Position numbers and translations under genes: made by a program. This document shows, in pieces, positions 13,834 through 27,891 of a stretch of DNA of 64,000 nt (position 1 is the first letter of the stretch; each line of letters starts with the position of its first letter). The DNA is taken from assembly GCF_006345805.1 (NCBI RefSeq), contig NC_042999.1, forward strand, positions 86,924,001 through 86,988,000, read 5' to 3'. The stretch is from Octopus sinensis. Taxonomy: Eukaryota. Below the pieces are notes generated by a model. It saw nothing but the letters and a program-made list of their open reading frames with translations. It had not been told where the DNA came from and made no database searches.

Positions 13834-13944
13834 CTATATATATATGGTATTTTTATATAAGCTTAAATCTTATATAAAAATGACATTATTATTATTTACA
13901 GGATTGTAAATCATGGCGCCGTAATAAAAAAACCATTCGCACCG

Positions 13945-13982
<38 letters not shown>

Positions 13983-14004
13983 TATATATATATAATATAT
14001 TAAT

Positions 14005-14051
<47 letters not shown>

Positions 14052-14062
14052 ATATATATAAT

Positions 14063-14107
<45 letters not shown>

Positions 14108-14109
<2 letters not shown>

Positions 14110-14530
14110 GGCGCAGGAGTGGCTGTGTGGTAAGTAGCTTGCTAACCAACCACATGGTTCCGGGTTCAGTCCCACTGCGTGGCATCTTGGGCAAGTGTCT
14201 TCTGCTATAGCCCCGGGCCGACCAATGCCTTGTGAGCGGATTTGGTAGACGGAAACTGAAAGAAACCTGTCGTATATATGTATGTATATATATATGTGTG
14301 TGTGTGTGTGTATGTTTGTGTGTCTGTGTTTGTCCCCCTAGCATTGCTTGACAAACGATGCTGGTGTGTTTACGTCCCCGTCACTTAGCGGTTCGGCAAA
14401 AGAGACCAATAGAATAAGTACTGGGCTTACAAAGAATAAGTCCCGGGGTCGATTTGCTCGACTAAAGGCGGTGCTCCAGCATGGCTGCAGTCAAATGACT
14501 GAAACAAGTAAAAGAGTAAAGAGTAAAGAG
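14108..14530 (+). mobile_element. tRNA-derived SINE family S2 with internal microsatellite and (GTAAAAGA)-like tail
   Basis: TGGCTGTGTGG A-box, GGGTTCAGTCCC B-box, CTTGGGCAAGTG CORE-like motif. Full-length relatives at 23170 and 32141. Confidence 0.88.
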
Positions 14531-14689
14531 TATATATATAAATACACACACACACAACACACAATATATGCAGTTACGAATGCATGTACGTATATTTTTA
14601 TTCGTATGCCATAATATTGAGAAAGTTTGTGCTGTAATGCAATGTTTACCATTGATGCCCGTAGGTCAAAGAAAGGGAAGATTATTATT

Positions 14690-14720
<31 letters not shown>

Positions 14721-15634
14721 AAGTTTTGTTGATGTTGCAGATGTAGTTCTTGTTTTTGTTTTTGTTGTTGTTGCTACTACTACTACTACTGTTGCTATTA
14801 CTACTACTGATGCTGCTACTACTGGTGCTGCTACTGCTACTGCTGCTGCTGTTGCTGTTGTTTTTGTTGTTATTAATGCTATAACATGATTTAATGAGAT
14901 CTATCGCTTAGATACTGAGAAAAACAATAATTGCAATTGTTTGCATATTTGTCCTGCTTTGCACCAAACGAAAATCTTCTCCGCCTGCGGTATCATTTCC
15001 ATAATCTTGGCTCGGCCAGACTCTTCCTTTGACGCCTCATTTCAAACCGGGGTCGAGGCGTGATTTCAAAGGAGACAAAAATACAAGCAAACAAAAGACA
15101 AACAAAACAAAAGAAAGGCGGCATCGGTGACATACGAGAGAAAAGGACGATGATTTGTGTGTAAATTGACAAGTCATCATAATGAGTAGAGTAGTCTTGA
15201 AAAGCTGAGAAAAAGCACGTTTGAAGAAAGGCCCGCGAGCGTGGTAAATGGAGTAGGTTGAATCAGGTGATTCAGCGACAGCAAATGTTTGACAGTTTTT
15301 ATGCTGCAGGCTCATATATTAGACACGACATGAGTAGCAGGCTGGAGTGCGGTGCTGCTACAGAGATGTTATGTCGCCGGCTTTAAGTCAAACGACAGAC
15401 GAGGAGAGCTTCCTTCTAACAGTATCAAAAAAAAATAACTAATTTACATCGTGTCTCAGACGTTAATGGCGAGCATAAATGAATATACAGTGTTCTTGAA
15501 TAAACATATCTAGAGATACATAGATATATTCACGTCTAAATATTCCTAACTCGTTTCAGGAACTTGGAGTAACGCCTTGTAAATTCCCCAATTCCAGTAA
15601 ATTACACATACACACGCACACTTTCATGAATATG

Positions 15635-15640
15635 TATGCA

Positions 15641-15672
<32 letters not shown>

Positions 15673-16050
15673 TAGTATATATATATTATATAGATTATAT
15701 ATATATAATTTTGCAAATAATTATGCCCTCTATATATAAATATATATATTATATATACATATATATATATGTAATATATACACACACATATATACATATA
15801 TATACATATATATATATACATACACATATTTCATATATATACATATATATATACATATATATACATATATATTATACATAATATACATATATATACCCAT
15901 ATATATACATATATACACATGTATATACATATATATACACATATATATACATATATATACACATATATATACATATATATACACATATATATACATATAT
16001 ATAAATATATATATACATATATAGATATATATACATACAATTATATAATA

Positions 16051-16109
<59 letters not shown>

Positions 16110-16276
16110 CACACATATATATAGTGAGAATTTAAAAAAAAAACAAAAGACGAATACAGGTGTGTAAACAAATCAAACGACGTATTAGTTTAACGCTCGG
16201 GAAGTGAGAAAATCTTTTACATTTCGAGCCTACGCTCTTCCATAGAAAGGAACACAAAAATAAACAGGCAGAAAAC

Positions 16277-16323
<47 letters not shown>

Positions 16324-16400
16324 TATATATATACGTGTATATTTACATATATATATATATACATATATATACATATATAAATATATACGTGTATATATGC

Positions 16401-16434
<34 letters not shown>

Positions 16435-16497
16435 TACATAGATATATATATATAATATATATATATATTATAATAATATATATATATAGATATATAT

Positions 16498-16532
<35 letters not shown>

Positions 16533-16540
16533 CATATATG
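15635..16540. repeat. Long (TA)n / (TATATACACA)-type low-complexity tract
   Basis: Direct reading. Confidence 0.92.
16140..16270 (-). mobile_element. Short repeat with a degenerate hammerhead-like motif (family H2; possibly a Penelope-like terminal remnant)
   Basis: TTTCGAGCCTACGCTCTTC is shared with 53128..53146. Minus-strand fold: CUUU-core-A-GAGC/GUAG/GCUC-GAAA-U-GUA-AAAG. Confidence 0.55.
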
Positions 16541-17788
16541 TTTTTCTCGCTTAATGGGTTACAGCTAGTGCTTAACTCTTCTACATGCCTTATTAATGTG
16601 TGAGACTGAGACATGGTGTAATTTCAAAAGTAATGTTGGCGTCCATAGGTAAGATAAAAAATTTTTCTTGAGACGCTGGAAATCATTTGAGTGTATCCTC
16701 TTTGAATTGCTAAATAATATTCAGCATTGCCCCGCCGAACCATTCTAAATGGGGAAGTTACTCAACTACAAAAGTATGTGACTCACTTCTTGGTCGCTAC
16801 ATTTGGTATATGAAAATGAAGAAAGACAAAATATGATTTAAGGATTTAACTTTACTCTCTTCCTTTTATTGGATGCATAAACAAATAATGAAACTGTTTT
16901 ACAATTTTTTATGCATATATTCCACCCAACCATTCTACGCTACAGTTTTTCTTGGTAGAGAATCACTTGTTTGCTTTGATGAGGATTCAGGCCTTTCAGT
17001 CAAAGACTTGAATCTGTCCTCTCGTAATGGTCCAAAAAAATAATTAAAATTGCTAATAATGGAAGATAGAAATGGAATTCGGCAAGAATAAGTGTCCCTA
17101 TCTGATAATCAATTGAGATAAACTCGTTAACCCAAACAATAAACATTGATATTCATAATTACAGGTTCCTCGAAATAGCCGATATCATTGTGTACATCGG
17201 TGGTGTGAGTAAGGTGTCAAGAGACAAATCGTTAGGTGTGGAAGTTGGATCTGTTCTTCTTCATCAAGTTCATATCCTTTAATGTTTTTGCAAAATCAAA
17301 AGCTAGACTTAATATTTGAGATACTAAATTCGTCGCTTGAAGAAATGCACAGTTTAAACCACCAAAATAAGATAAACACTCATTACTGCTAACAGCTTGC
17401 ACAGTAACAATAATACTAATGAAAATATAGCAACAGCTTGAAGCTAGTCCCTTGAATGTTATATATATCATATCACTCAGATGATACGATGAAAGAGTAA
17501 ATAAAGAAATGAGTGTATCACATATATGCATAAAATTGCAAATAACACCTTGATATGCTGTAAATAATTAGAAACTATGTGAACCTGGAGTAGCAGAACG
17601 GATCTTGATCCAATCAGTTTGTAGAGAATTTCCAAAACGTTTCAACTAATATTACATATGTTCCTACATACATACCGACCGCTATACATACATAAGTATA
17701 TACTTATGTATTCCCACACTTTTACGTACTGCAATCTAAGGAGAATACCACAAACACACACACACACAAACACACACACAAACAAACA

Positions 17789-17841
<53 letters not shown>

Positions 17842-18267
17842 CTATATATATATATATATATATATCTATATATATATATATATATATATATACAGTCATA
17901 GCATGCATATACAAGCGTACACATGCTTACACATACGCAAATACTTGAGACTATCTTTACACAATCAAGCCTTTAATTTCTAGAAAGCATAACAATTTCT
18001 ACAACTTAAGAAAACAAATTGGCATTAAATTTATATATTGCAATAAATTTAACAATTTAACATTTTTCGTGTTCCACAATTGACACAGTTGTCAGTTGTG
18101 GAACACAACAATCACTCCATAAACCTGATGATTGCGTAACGCATGAAAGTACTAGTTTATTGCAAAATTATAAAAATTACAAATAATAAAACGTGAAAAT
18201 CAGATTAAGTTGGAATTTCATTGATTAATATATTCCTCTATGCACAGTCATATAAACTCTGATACTC

Positions 18268-18348
<81 letters not shown>

Positions 18349-20884
18349 TGTATGTATATGTATGTATGTATATGTATATGTGGGGGGGGGGTTGATACAA
18401 ACAGGAAAAATAGAACTCAAATTATGAGTATATGTATATTTTTGTTAATATTTAGCAGAAGTAACAGAGTGACTGGAGATCCGAGAGTTTCGTGCGTAGG
18501 CACTTATCAAACTCTCGGTCCTTGAGTCTCTCTGTTACTTTTGCTAAATATTAATATATATATGTATATATAATTCTATATGTGATATTTCGTTCTTTTA
18601 TACACGATTCAAAACTGACTTTAAAATAGGACACCTTAAATATTCAATTATCATATTCATTCAATATTAAGAGAAAGGATTTAGAAACAATTCAGTTACA
18701 GTAACATCAATTTCGCTTATTTGTTTGCAACGTTTACACCATGACTGGACACTGCTGCTCGCAGTACACAGAATGTTGAGAACAAAAAAAAACTTATTTA
18801 TGATATCTCAATTGGGCAAAATCAGGTCTTCATTAGATGGAATAATTTATCTTAATGAGGAATATCGGTTTCGAAACCAAATGTGTTACGTAAATTTTAC
18901 ATAATTTATCTTGTCTTTCCAATGTTCGATATACTTTATATGTGTTCATACATGCCAAAAATGGCGAGTGAAATACGTAGCCATATTATTTCCGTGTTGC
19001 TGCTGGCAAACATCTCTGTATACATCACGCCACGACCATTGTCGCGCGATTGAAAAACTCTTAATGTTGTGGTCAACACATTTTTATTTCACAATATAAG
19101 CAATCTAATTATTGGTTCATATAATTTTAAAATAAATGTGGGATGCATATTATAATTATCCTATTCAGTTATTTATTTATTCTCAAAAGTATTATTATTG
19201 GTATATGATACAAAATGTTTAATTGTTTAAACATTGACTTTTTAATACTATCACAAACGTGCTTCTTTCTGTATGCGGTACGTCTTCAGTGTGGAGTAAT
19301 GGAACAATAGGAAGTCATTTTAATTTTATTATCTAAGTAATTGTCTTCATTTGAAACCAGAAAAATAAGAAGAGAGAGAGAGAGAGAAAAAAAAAGAATA
19401 GAAAAAAAGCAAAGTCACTCGTGAATAGAAAAAAATTGGTATTTTTTCCAATTTTTTCTTTTCTTATCAAAGGATCAGCAGCAGATAGGTCTAGTTCAAA
19501 TGCAAGTGTGTTATGATAAATTTCCATCATTAGCCTAATCTTCCCAACCTCAGCCATTTTTGTAGGCGACGAGTGAGTGATTTCTTAAATGAAAATGTCT
19601 AAAGTGATGAGGTATGAAATATTGTAAAGAAAAACTCTAAAGTAAAAACACAAAGAGAACGATATCGAATGTCTAAAGGAATTTAGGGGCTCAGTTTTGC
19701 TATGGACATATTTTTTTCACGATGTGTACATTATTCGCATAGAGAGAGGATATTTGATGCAAAATTATAACGAGGCCCAACAGAGGAATTAGACTTACAG
19801 TTCAGTCGGTGAACTATGAGTCAACCAGAAATATGTAATCAGGGTAATAAGTTTTGCTGCAAGTACAGATGGCACTGTAACATTGACACGTGATTTATCT
19901 TGCGACGTTAAATTCAAACCGTTTAACATAATAAATTATAACTGCCTTAAAAGCTGACTGAATGTAGAAGTACTAAATGCCGGACTTTATATCTTGCGAT
20001 ATTTAGATACACTCGTTTATATTTTTCAAATGTCACCAGCGTCGATTTCGCTTGTTATCTTTTCAGGATCGATAATATTGATACCAATGATAGAGTGGTA
20101 TCCCTTCTTCAAACTTGCTGGCTTTGTGAAAAAATTTGAAACTTCTGACAAAGGAACGCAGTCTGCAAATTGGGAGAGGTATTACTTGATTAAAATTAAT
20201 ATGACAATTTACTTTATTTTATCGACCCTTAGAGGAATATAAGTTAATGCTGATACCTATGAGATTTGATCTAGCACGTAAACACCCGGTATGTTTTAAA
20301 TGATAATGGCATCTAGTTTTTTTAGCAGTTTGGGGTAGAGTGGTTTAGTCAATAATATGGGCTCTTATGCTTGAGTTCTGCTTTATTTTATCGACCACAG
20401 AAGGATAAATGGTAAAGTTGACACCGGTGATATTTGAACTTAAAAAGTAAAAAGCCGGAATGTATAAATAATAATAAAGATTATATAAGAAATCAATACT
20501 ATTGTTAGTATATTAAATTGTTGGTTTTATTGTTTGTTTACTAGTTAAATTGTTATTGAATATTTACTAGTTAAATTATCAAACTAGTTAAATATTTCTG
20601 GTTAATTTCTACAAATAATTAAATATTTTATGATGCAAAGTATTTCGTTTTAATCAGCTACTTGAAATTAGAGATGAAATAATAGGAAATAATTAAGCAA
20701 GGGAAAATGGGCGCCAAAATTAATAGCAACTTGTGAGCATGTGGGATTTGAGCGTTCTAAGCTCCTTTTCTTCTCATCTGCGCATACATTAGCATCGTTG
20801 AAGTAGTTACAAGATGAAAGAGGCGTAGACGAAGGTGCACATGCGTGCTCATTGCTCTGAAAATAACATGCTTGTCCTTCTACT

Positions 20885-20987
20885 CCAGTTTTCAGTCTTG
20901 CTTGCTTTAACACTCGTCTTCATCGAACGGCACACATCTGAAGGATTGGAAGGGAGAGGGAAGCAATGAGAAAGAAGAAAGAAATTG
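20885..20987 (+). promoter_or_regulatory. Candidate TSS and non-coding first exon
   Basis: TCAGTC Inr-like motif at 20892..20897 and a TTG|GTGAGT donor at 20987/20988, within a repeat-poor region. Motif-level evidence only. Confidence 0.3.
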
Positions 20988-21792
20988 GTGAGTGGCACAC
21001 TTCAGACTTGAAGCGCAAAGAGGAAACGAAAAGAAAGCAAGAAAAAAAATAGAATGTGATAAAAGCAAAAATATTTATAACAAATAAAAAGATTTTTGCC
21101 TTACTTTGTAAAAGTTGAAGAGTTGCTGGGTTTGTGACAGGAAGATCAGACTGTAAGTGAATGAATAGTCGCAGATAAAGAAGATTTTTTTTTAAAATTC
21201 AACTTGGAATCGTATTTGCATGTGCAAATGTATATGTGAATGAACGTGTAGGGAAGAAGAGGCGAGTTAAATGTATTTATTATTCTTCAGCTCACATCTC
21301 TTGGATGTTTGCTGTTGAAAGATGCATATGTAGAATGTTGGACAACTATTTGTGTTGGAGAGGAACAACTGGCTCTGTTTGTAGTATAGATCGACACGTG
21401 TAGACGATTGATATAAATCTGCATCCTGTTGGAGTATCATTCTGTGAAGTTCTTTGAGAAATATCCTAAATTATTAGACAAAATTTATTTTGTGAAAAAC
21501 AATGCCACTGAACCTCGAGAAATTAATAAATTTTTTCTCTGGTGGTTCTGCCCCGAAACAACGAATGAGGCACAATTAGTAGCAAAAATACATCAAGACA
21601 TAATTTTTTTTTTTTTAATTGTATTTATTTATTTGCATCCATCTTCATTGTACTTTGCCATTGTTGTCTATACGTTGTAGTAGCAGTTTCTTTGTTTTCC
21701 TCTTCATCCTTCACATTTCTTCATTTATTGCCACTACACAGCACTGACCGAAACCAGATCAGTGCTACTGTTACATTGGCGAAAAAAAACAA

Positions 21793-21899
21793 ATGCTGAA
21801 CACCAACATTAATAATCGTGTTACATTGTTCGAAACACCACTTGGATTGATATTCCTGATCATAATGTCACTAGCCAACTGGAGGATTATCTCTGCCTG
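21793..21899 (+). CDS. Candidate first coding exon of a host gene (signal-peptide-like N-terminus)
   Basis: AAA-ATG opens MLNTNINNRVTLFETPLGLIFLIIMSLANWRIISA(C/W). In-frame TGA upstream at 21745..21747, consensus donor CTG|GTGAGT at 21899/21900 (phase 2), and pyrimidine-rich AG acceptors near 21680/21686. Confidence 0.42.
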
Positions 21900-22299
21900 G
21901 TGAGTACATATGCTCTAAGTATTAAAGTTAAAGGTACTACTCAGAAATTAGTAAAATGCTACTGCTTTGTGTAAAACAGAAAAAAAAAAAACTTATTGAG
22001 ACAAGGGTTGGCACATAAAATACTTCTTCATGTTTAAAGTTTTACTTTAATTCATGTACATCGCAGAATTACACGCGCGCGCGCGCACATACACACACAC
22101 ACACCACACACACACACACACCACACACACACACACTGAAACATAGATAAAATTGCCTCTTCATTCTAACACATTCTACTTCCAAGTTATCTGGTGTGTG
22201 AACAGAAATAAAGTCCTTAGATTGACTTTTCAGAAAGATCTAAGTCTTCATCCATCCATCTATCCCTCAATCTAACCAGCCAGCCAGCCAGCCAGCCAT

Positions 22300-22371
22300 A
22301 CACCAAAAACATAATATAATATATATATATATATATACAATAATATATATATATATATATATATAGATATA

Positions 22372-22407
<36 letters not shown>

Positions 22408-22409
22408 CA

Positions 22410-22448
<39 letters not shown>

Positions 22449-22800
22449 CATATATAATATATATATATATGTACGTGGGAGTATGTGCTTCTGTATACAC
22501 ACACCACACCACACACACACACATATAATATATATATATATATATATTTGAGTGTGGTATAGGAGTGTTAACTGAAAATAAAGTTTTAGATTTACTTTTC
22601 ATAAAGTTTAAGATCTTCGTATATACATGCATACATACATACACATACGCACACACGCGCATGAACAAACATATGCACACACACACGCACACACACACAC
22701 ACACATATATGTATACATATACATACATACATACATACATACATACATACATACATACATACATACATACATGCATATAATATATATATATATGCATGAC
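22300..22800. repeat. Compound (TA)n/(CA)n/(CATA)n microsatellites
   Basis: Direct reading. Confidence 0.9.
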
Positions 22801-23169
22801 ATGTATGTCTGAGTATAGATGCGCGTGCACGTGTGTTAAACATTATTATGACGATTCATTCCGTAGCTGCACGCATCGCACGTGAGATACTTCGAGTACC
22901 TACTGAGTTTATAACCGATTTTATACAAACAAATAAACTCTACTACAGAGATTCTTAACGTCTTGACGATTCCAACCCAAACAATTGTGCATTATATTCC
23001 CATGGGTTTCTTCGATGCTCTGTCGGAATAATCATCATCATCAATAGTCTTATTAGGAGCCAATATGACTTCATAAATATCAATATTTTGGTTCTACTTT
23101 ACATATAAATAACCAGAAACAGAACGGAGAGGAAATTGTTTCGATTCAGGTTCCTTTTTTTTTTTTGCG

Positions 23170-23570
23170 TTTTTCTCAGTAAGAAGCTTGCTTCCCAATC
23201 ACATGGTACCGGATTCAGTCCCACTGTGTGGCACCTTGGGCAAGTATTTTCTACTATAGCCTCGGGTCGACCAAAGTCTTGTGAGCGGATTTTGGTAGAC
23301 GGAAACTGAAAGAAGCCTTTTGTGCATATATATGTATGTTTGTGTGTGTGTCTTTGTGTTTGTGTTTGTCCCCCCACCATCGTTTGACAACCGATGATGG
23401 TGTGTTTATGTTCCCGTAACTTAGCGCTTCGGTTAAAGAATAAGTACTAGGCTTACAAAGAATAAATATTGGGTTCGATTTCTTTGACTAAAACCCTGTA
23501 AGGCAGTGCTTCAGCATGGCCGCTGTCAAATGATTGAAACGTGCAAAAGAATATATATATTCTTTTATTC
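23170..23570 (+). mobile_element. S2 SINE
   Basis: Colinear with 14108..14530. Confidence 0.85.
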
Positions 23571-23576
23571 TTTTGC

Positions 23577-23638
<62 letters not shown>

Positions 23639-23743
23639 TATATATAATATATATGTATGCATATACATATATATATAATATATTATATATTATATATATA
23701 TATGTTGTGTGTATGTATATATGTATATATAATATATATGTAT

Positions 23744-23790
<47 letters not shown>

Positions 23791-24722
23791 TATATATGAT
23801 ATATATATATTGTATGATATATATATATATATATATCTAAATATATTATATCTATATACAGAGAGAGAGAAAAAGAAAGGAAGAGAGAATGGATGATATT
23901 AAAGAACAAGTGTCATATATCCAGTTCCTCGATCCCGAGGGGTTTTCGGCAGTCAAGGTTAAGTACCCCTGTTCTATTACATATAGTATGTTTTTTTTAT
24001 ATTTACTAAATTGTATGTATGTATGTGTGTATGCATGTATGTTTGTATGCTTGTATGCATATATGTATGTGTGTATGAATTAGTGTACGTATGTGTGCAT
24101 GTTTAATGTACGCATGTGGGCATGTTTATACACAATATATATTATATACATGTGTGTGTAAATATATACATGAATAATAAATTATAATACATACATATAT
24201 ACATATCTGCTTACACACACATGCACACATACATACATACATATATATATATGTGTGTGTGTGTGCGTGTGTGTATCTCAAATATAAACACGTCATGTAT
24301 CTTTTCAATACTCTGGCTAGATGCATACCGTGTATATCCTACATGTGTATGTATGCATGTATACACACACAATGTATTCAAATACAATATGCGTGTGTGT
24401 GTGTGTGTGTTTGAACGTTGTTGTTGTTTCGTCACATGTCTACCGTGATTGAGTGGATCCATGATCAGAAACTTCAAGTCGTGACAACCTTATTTTTCTA
24501 TATCAGGGACTACATTTTTCAGCTGTATAGTAGTGCGATTTGCAAGAGATTCTATTGCTGTTTCTGCCCAGTCGAGAAATCATCAACCACAAACAGTCTT
24601 TATACATGCAAAAATATATTTGTATGTATTTGTAAATATATATACGCATAAATAAACACCGACACACACACACACAGATATGCACACATACATACATATG
24701 TACATAGGTACATACTTACATA

Positions 24723-24778
<56 letters not shown>

Positions 24779-24836
24779 ACTATATATATATAATATAATA
24801 TCTATATTATAGGTATAATAGAATATATATATACAG

Positions 24837-24907
<71 letters not shown>

Positions 24908-24936
24908 CTATTATATATAAATATACAGTAGATACA

Positions 24937-24978
<42 letters not shown>

Positions 24979-25019
24979 TCATATATTATATATATATATA
25001 GGCAGGTAGGGACACCGTA

Positions 25020-25490
25020 TTTCGTTTTGCATACATATGTAGATATATATATATATATTCGAGCAAAACGCCCCCTGTCTAATGGACGGTGCTGATTTGT
25101 CAAACGTTTAGACCAAAGTTTCCCAAAACAACTTGTCCCATAGGCCTCCCCTTTGAGAAACACTGATTTAACCTAAATTTGAGACACCAGCAAAAAAAGA
25201 AATAAAGATATACTTTTTTTCTGTTCCAAAGTAAAACGATTTTATTCACACAAATATGCAACTGAAGAGTTTAAAGTACCAGTAATGATAAGGCTGTTGA
25301 CTGGGAGAACACAAACACGGCTTTATCGATCGTATTCTCACCTGGAATCGATTTTTGTAATTTTTTTAAGACTTATACACGCCCTGATACCGTCGGTATC
25401 TACATATCAAATTTGAGCGTAATCAGATGGAGGATGCCCAAGATCTTAGAAGACACACACACAGACAGAACGGATTTTATATAATATATA
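25020..25490 (+). mobile_element. Probable non-autonomous DNA element (Helitron/HINE-like 3' end)
   Basis: Ends AAATTTGAGCGTAATC...ACACACAGACAGAACGGATTTTATATATA, a layout reminiscent of non-autonomous Helitron relatives. Single copy here, so this is inference. Confidence 0.35.
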
Positions 25491-25720
25491 TATATATAGT
25501 ATATATATCGCTGGTAGGAACCAACATTTCGTTTTGCAACCATAATATACTGTTAAGTATATTATAGGTTTATAAGTCAATAATGTGCCCTATTATTGTG
25601 ATAGCAGTGTGTTGTTTTCATTTTAAGTTTTTCATTTTAAGATTTTCTATAGAATTTTAGAGCCAGATTAGAATTCTGTACATGTATGTATGTATGTATG
25701 TATGTATGTATGTATGTATG

Positions 25721-25751
<31 letters not shown>

Positions 25752-25809
25752 TTGTTCAGTTTTATTTCAAGATTTCTTGCCAATAGAGAAAGAGCCGCTT
25801 TCTAACATA

Positions 25810-26055
25810 GATTGCAGGGTTAGTAAGACGGCAGCAGTGTTCCAGCGAATGTGTTCCATCTGGACGGCCTCAAACATCAGCAGTGATGTGAAATTTTACC
25901 TATACAACTCCATCGTTCTGCCAACTACAACATATGCTAGCAAGACTCGAAAGAAAGAGTACAGTAAGGACTGGCAGAAAACTAAATGTATTTATTCCAT
26001 CAAAGTTGTCTCAGAAAGATGCTGAGGTTCAAGTGGCAAGACCGTGTCACTACTA
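25810..26055 (+). mobile_element. RTE-clade LINE fragment (post-RT region)
   Basis: CRVSKTAAVFQRMCSIW..SNIS..VKFYLYNSIVLPTTTYASKT..CLRKMLRFKWQDRVT matches the RTE pattern RI.KA..AF..L..IW...K..LY...V.P.LLYG.ETW. Confidence 0.8.
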
Positions 26056-26204
26056 ATGCTATACATACAAATAAAAACAGTTACAAACTAATATGTGATT
26101 TGATCCATTAAACGTTTCTTTTATTCTTTTACTTCAAGTAATGTTTTATCTTTTTTTTACTTAATTCTTTGTTGAATATATACCAATATTGATTTCAAAT
26201 TTTG

Positions 26205-26405
26205 GTACAAAGCCATCAAGTACGGGGAAGGAGGTAAGCCCATTACATCAATCCCAGTAGTCAACTGGTATTCATTTTTATCGACCCTGAAAGGATGAAA
26301 GACAAAGTCAACCTCGGCGGAGTTTGAACTCAGAACATGAAGACGGACGAAATGCCGCTAAGCATTTTCCCGGTGTACTAACGATTCTGCTAGTTCGCCG
26401 CCTTT
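26205..26405 (-). mobile_element. S1 SINE
   Basis: Reverse match to the S1 body. Confidence 0.82.
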
Positions 26406-27469
26406 GAATATATACCAATATTTCAATGATACAAAGTATTGCTTATACAGGACATAAAACAACGGAGAATGCACAACTTTGTATATATATCTTCTATATC
26501 CAGCAGAGCCATTTCTTCAAAACTTTCGCATTAATATGTATGTATGTATGTATTATATATGTATGCATTATGTATGTATATGGGTGATGAACATGTTTGT
26601 GTCTTATTTGTACACATTCGTACATACACACACAAATCTGAAATTAGAAATTATAAAACGAAAGATGTTGAAAGCTGTATTTGTTATTATCTTAGCCTTA
26701 GTATATGTGTATGCATGTGTGTGTATGTATATGCACATATACATATACATACATAAATACATGCATACATACACACATACATATTTAAGCACACACACAC
26801 ACATACACACACACACTCGCACACACGAAAGGAGAGATGCAAAAATACAGGTTACAATATTTATTTAAACTGTAAACTAAAAATACATTCTTTGCCCCTC
26901 CCTCCACCTCATACAAACCTCTTTTGTTCATTATTCTCTCACAGGTTTCACTCATTAACCTGCAACCCTGCTTGGGGGCACCGTCGTTAAGGGTTCATGT
27001 TCCTTCTTTCTCATAGGAGTGGTTAGTGTCCTCTGGGGTGACACCGTGATGACTATAGAATAATAAGACACATAACCACGTTTAAGTAAAATTAATATGG
27101 TTAAAACTACAGGTTCATCATCGATTCCATAGCCTTTCCGTATTATGGATTTTTCCAAACTAGGGGTGGTCACCTTGATCAATACACTCTATGTTAAACA
27201 ATTATCAAATTCAAATAAATAAATGAAATATATGTACCTGTACATAAGTATAGATGATACAAGTCTATTAATATGCACTGTGCAAGGTACCAATAAGCTG
27301 GTCACGGTTGTGGAAATTCGAAGTCCCTGCTAGTAAATTAGTGTTGTACTTGTATTAAATTCATACCTTGACGAAGAAAGGACTAAATGAATGCAAATTA
27401 TGTCTTCTCAGTAATTAAGGGCAGGTGATATGGAGGAAGGGTAAGGAATTTCATGAATATTCTTTTCTA

Positions 27470-27615
27470 CTCAAGGTACAAGGCCCGAAACTTTTGGGGA
27501 GTGGGGCTAGTCGATTATATCGACCCCAGTACGCAACTGGTACTTAATTTATCGGCCCCGAAAGGATGAAAGGCAAAGTCGACCGCGGCGAAATTTGAAC
27601 TCAGAACGTAAAGAT
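27470..27615 (-). mobile_element. S1 SINE, partial
   Basis: Reverse match to the S1 body, including GTCGA-N5-TCGAC. Confidence 0.8.
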
Positions 27616-27841
27616 AGAATTTCACGAATATTGGGGAAGGGAAAGCTGGTATGGCATACTTATACACAAATTTGGTTCTTCATAACTTTCAGAAAAATAG
27701 GCATTTGTGATGAAATTTCTACAAGTATTTTTCAGATCTTGTAGTTTACGATTCTAACGGAATTAATGTAAAAAAGAAAAACAAAAAAAATATTGGACAC
27801 TCATACATACTGACACATATGTTTTCAAAATTTCAAGTTTC

Positions 27842-27891
<50 letters not shown>

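Noticed and set aside
19333-19557. Minus-strand ORF MAEVGKIRLMM... with a good start context
   Set aside because: No donor site, it decays into low-complexity F/L sequence, and no family was recognised
26946-27060. Strong acceptor TTCTCTCACAG|G (also TTTCTCATACAG|C at about 38748)
   Set aside because: Early stops in the required phase and no matching donor
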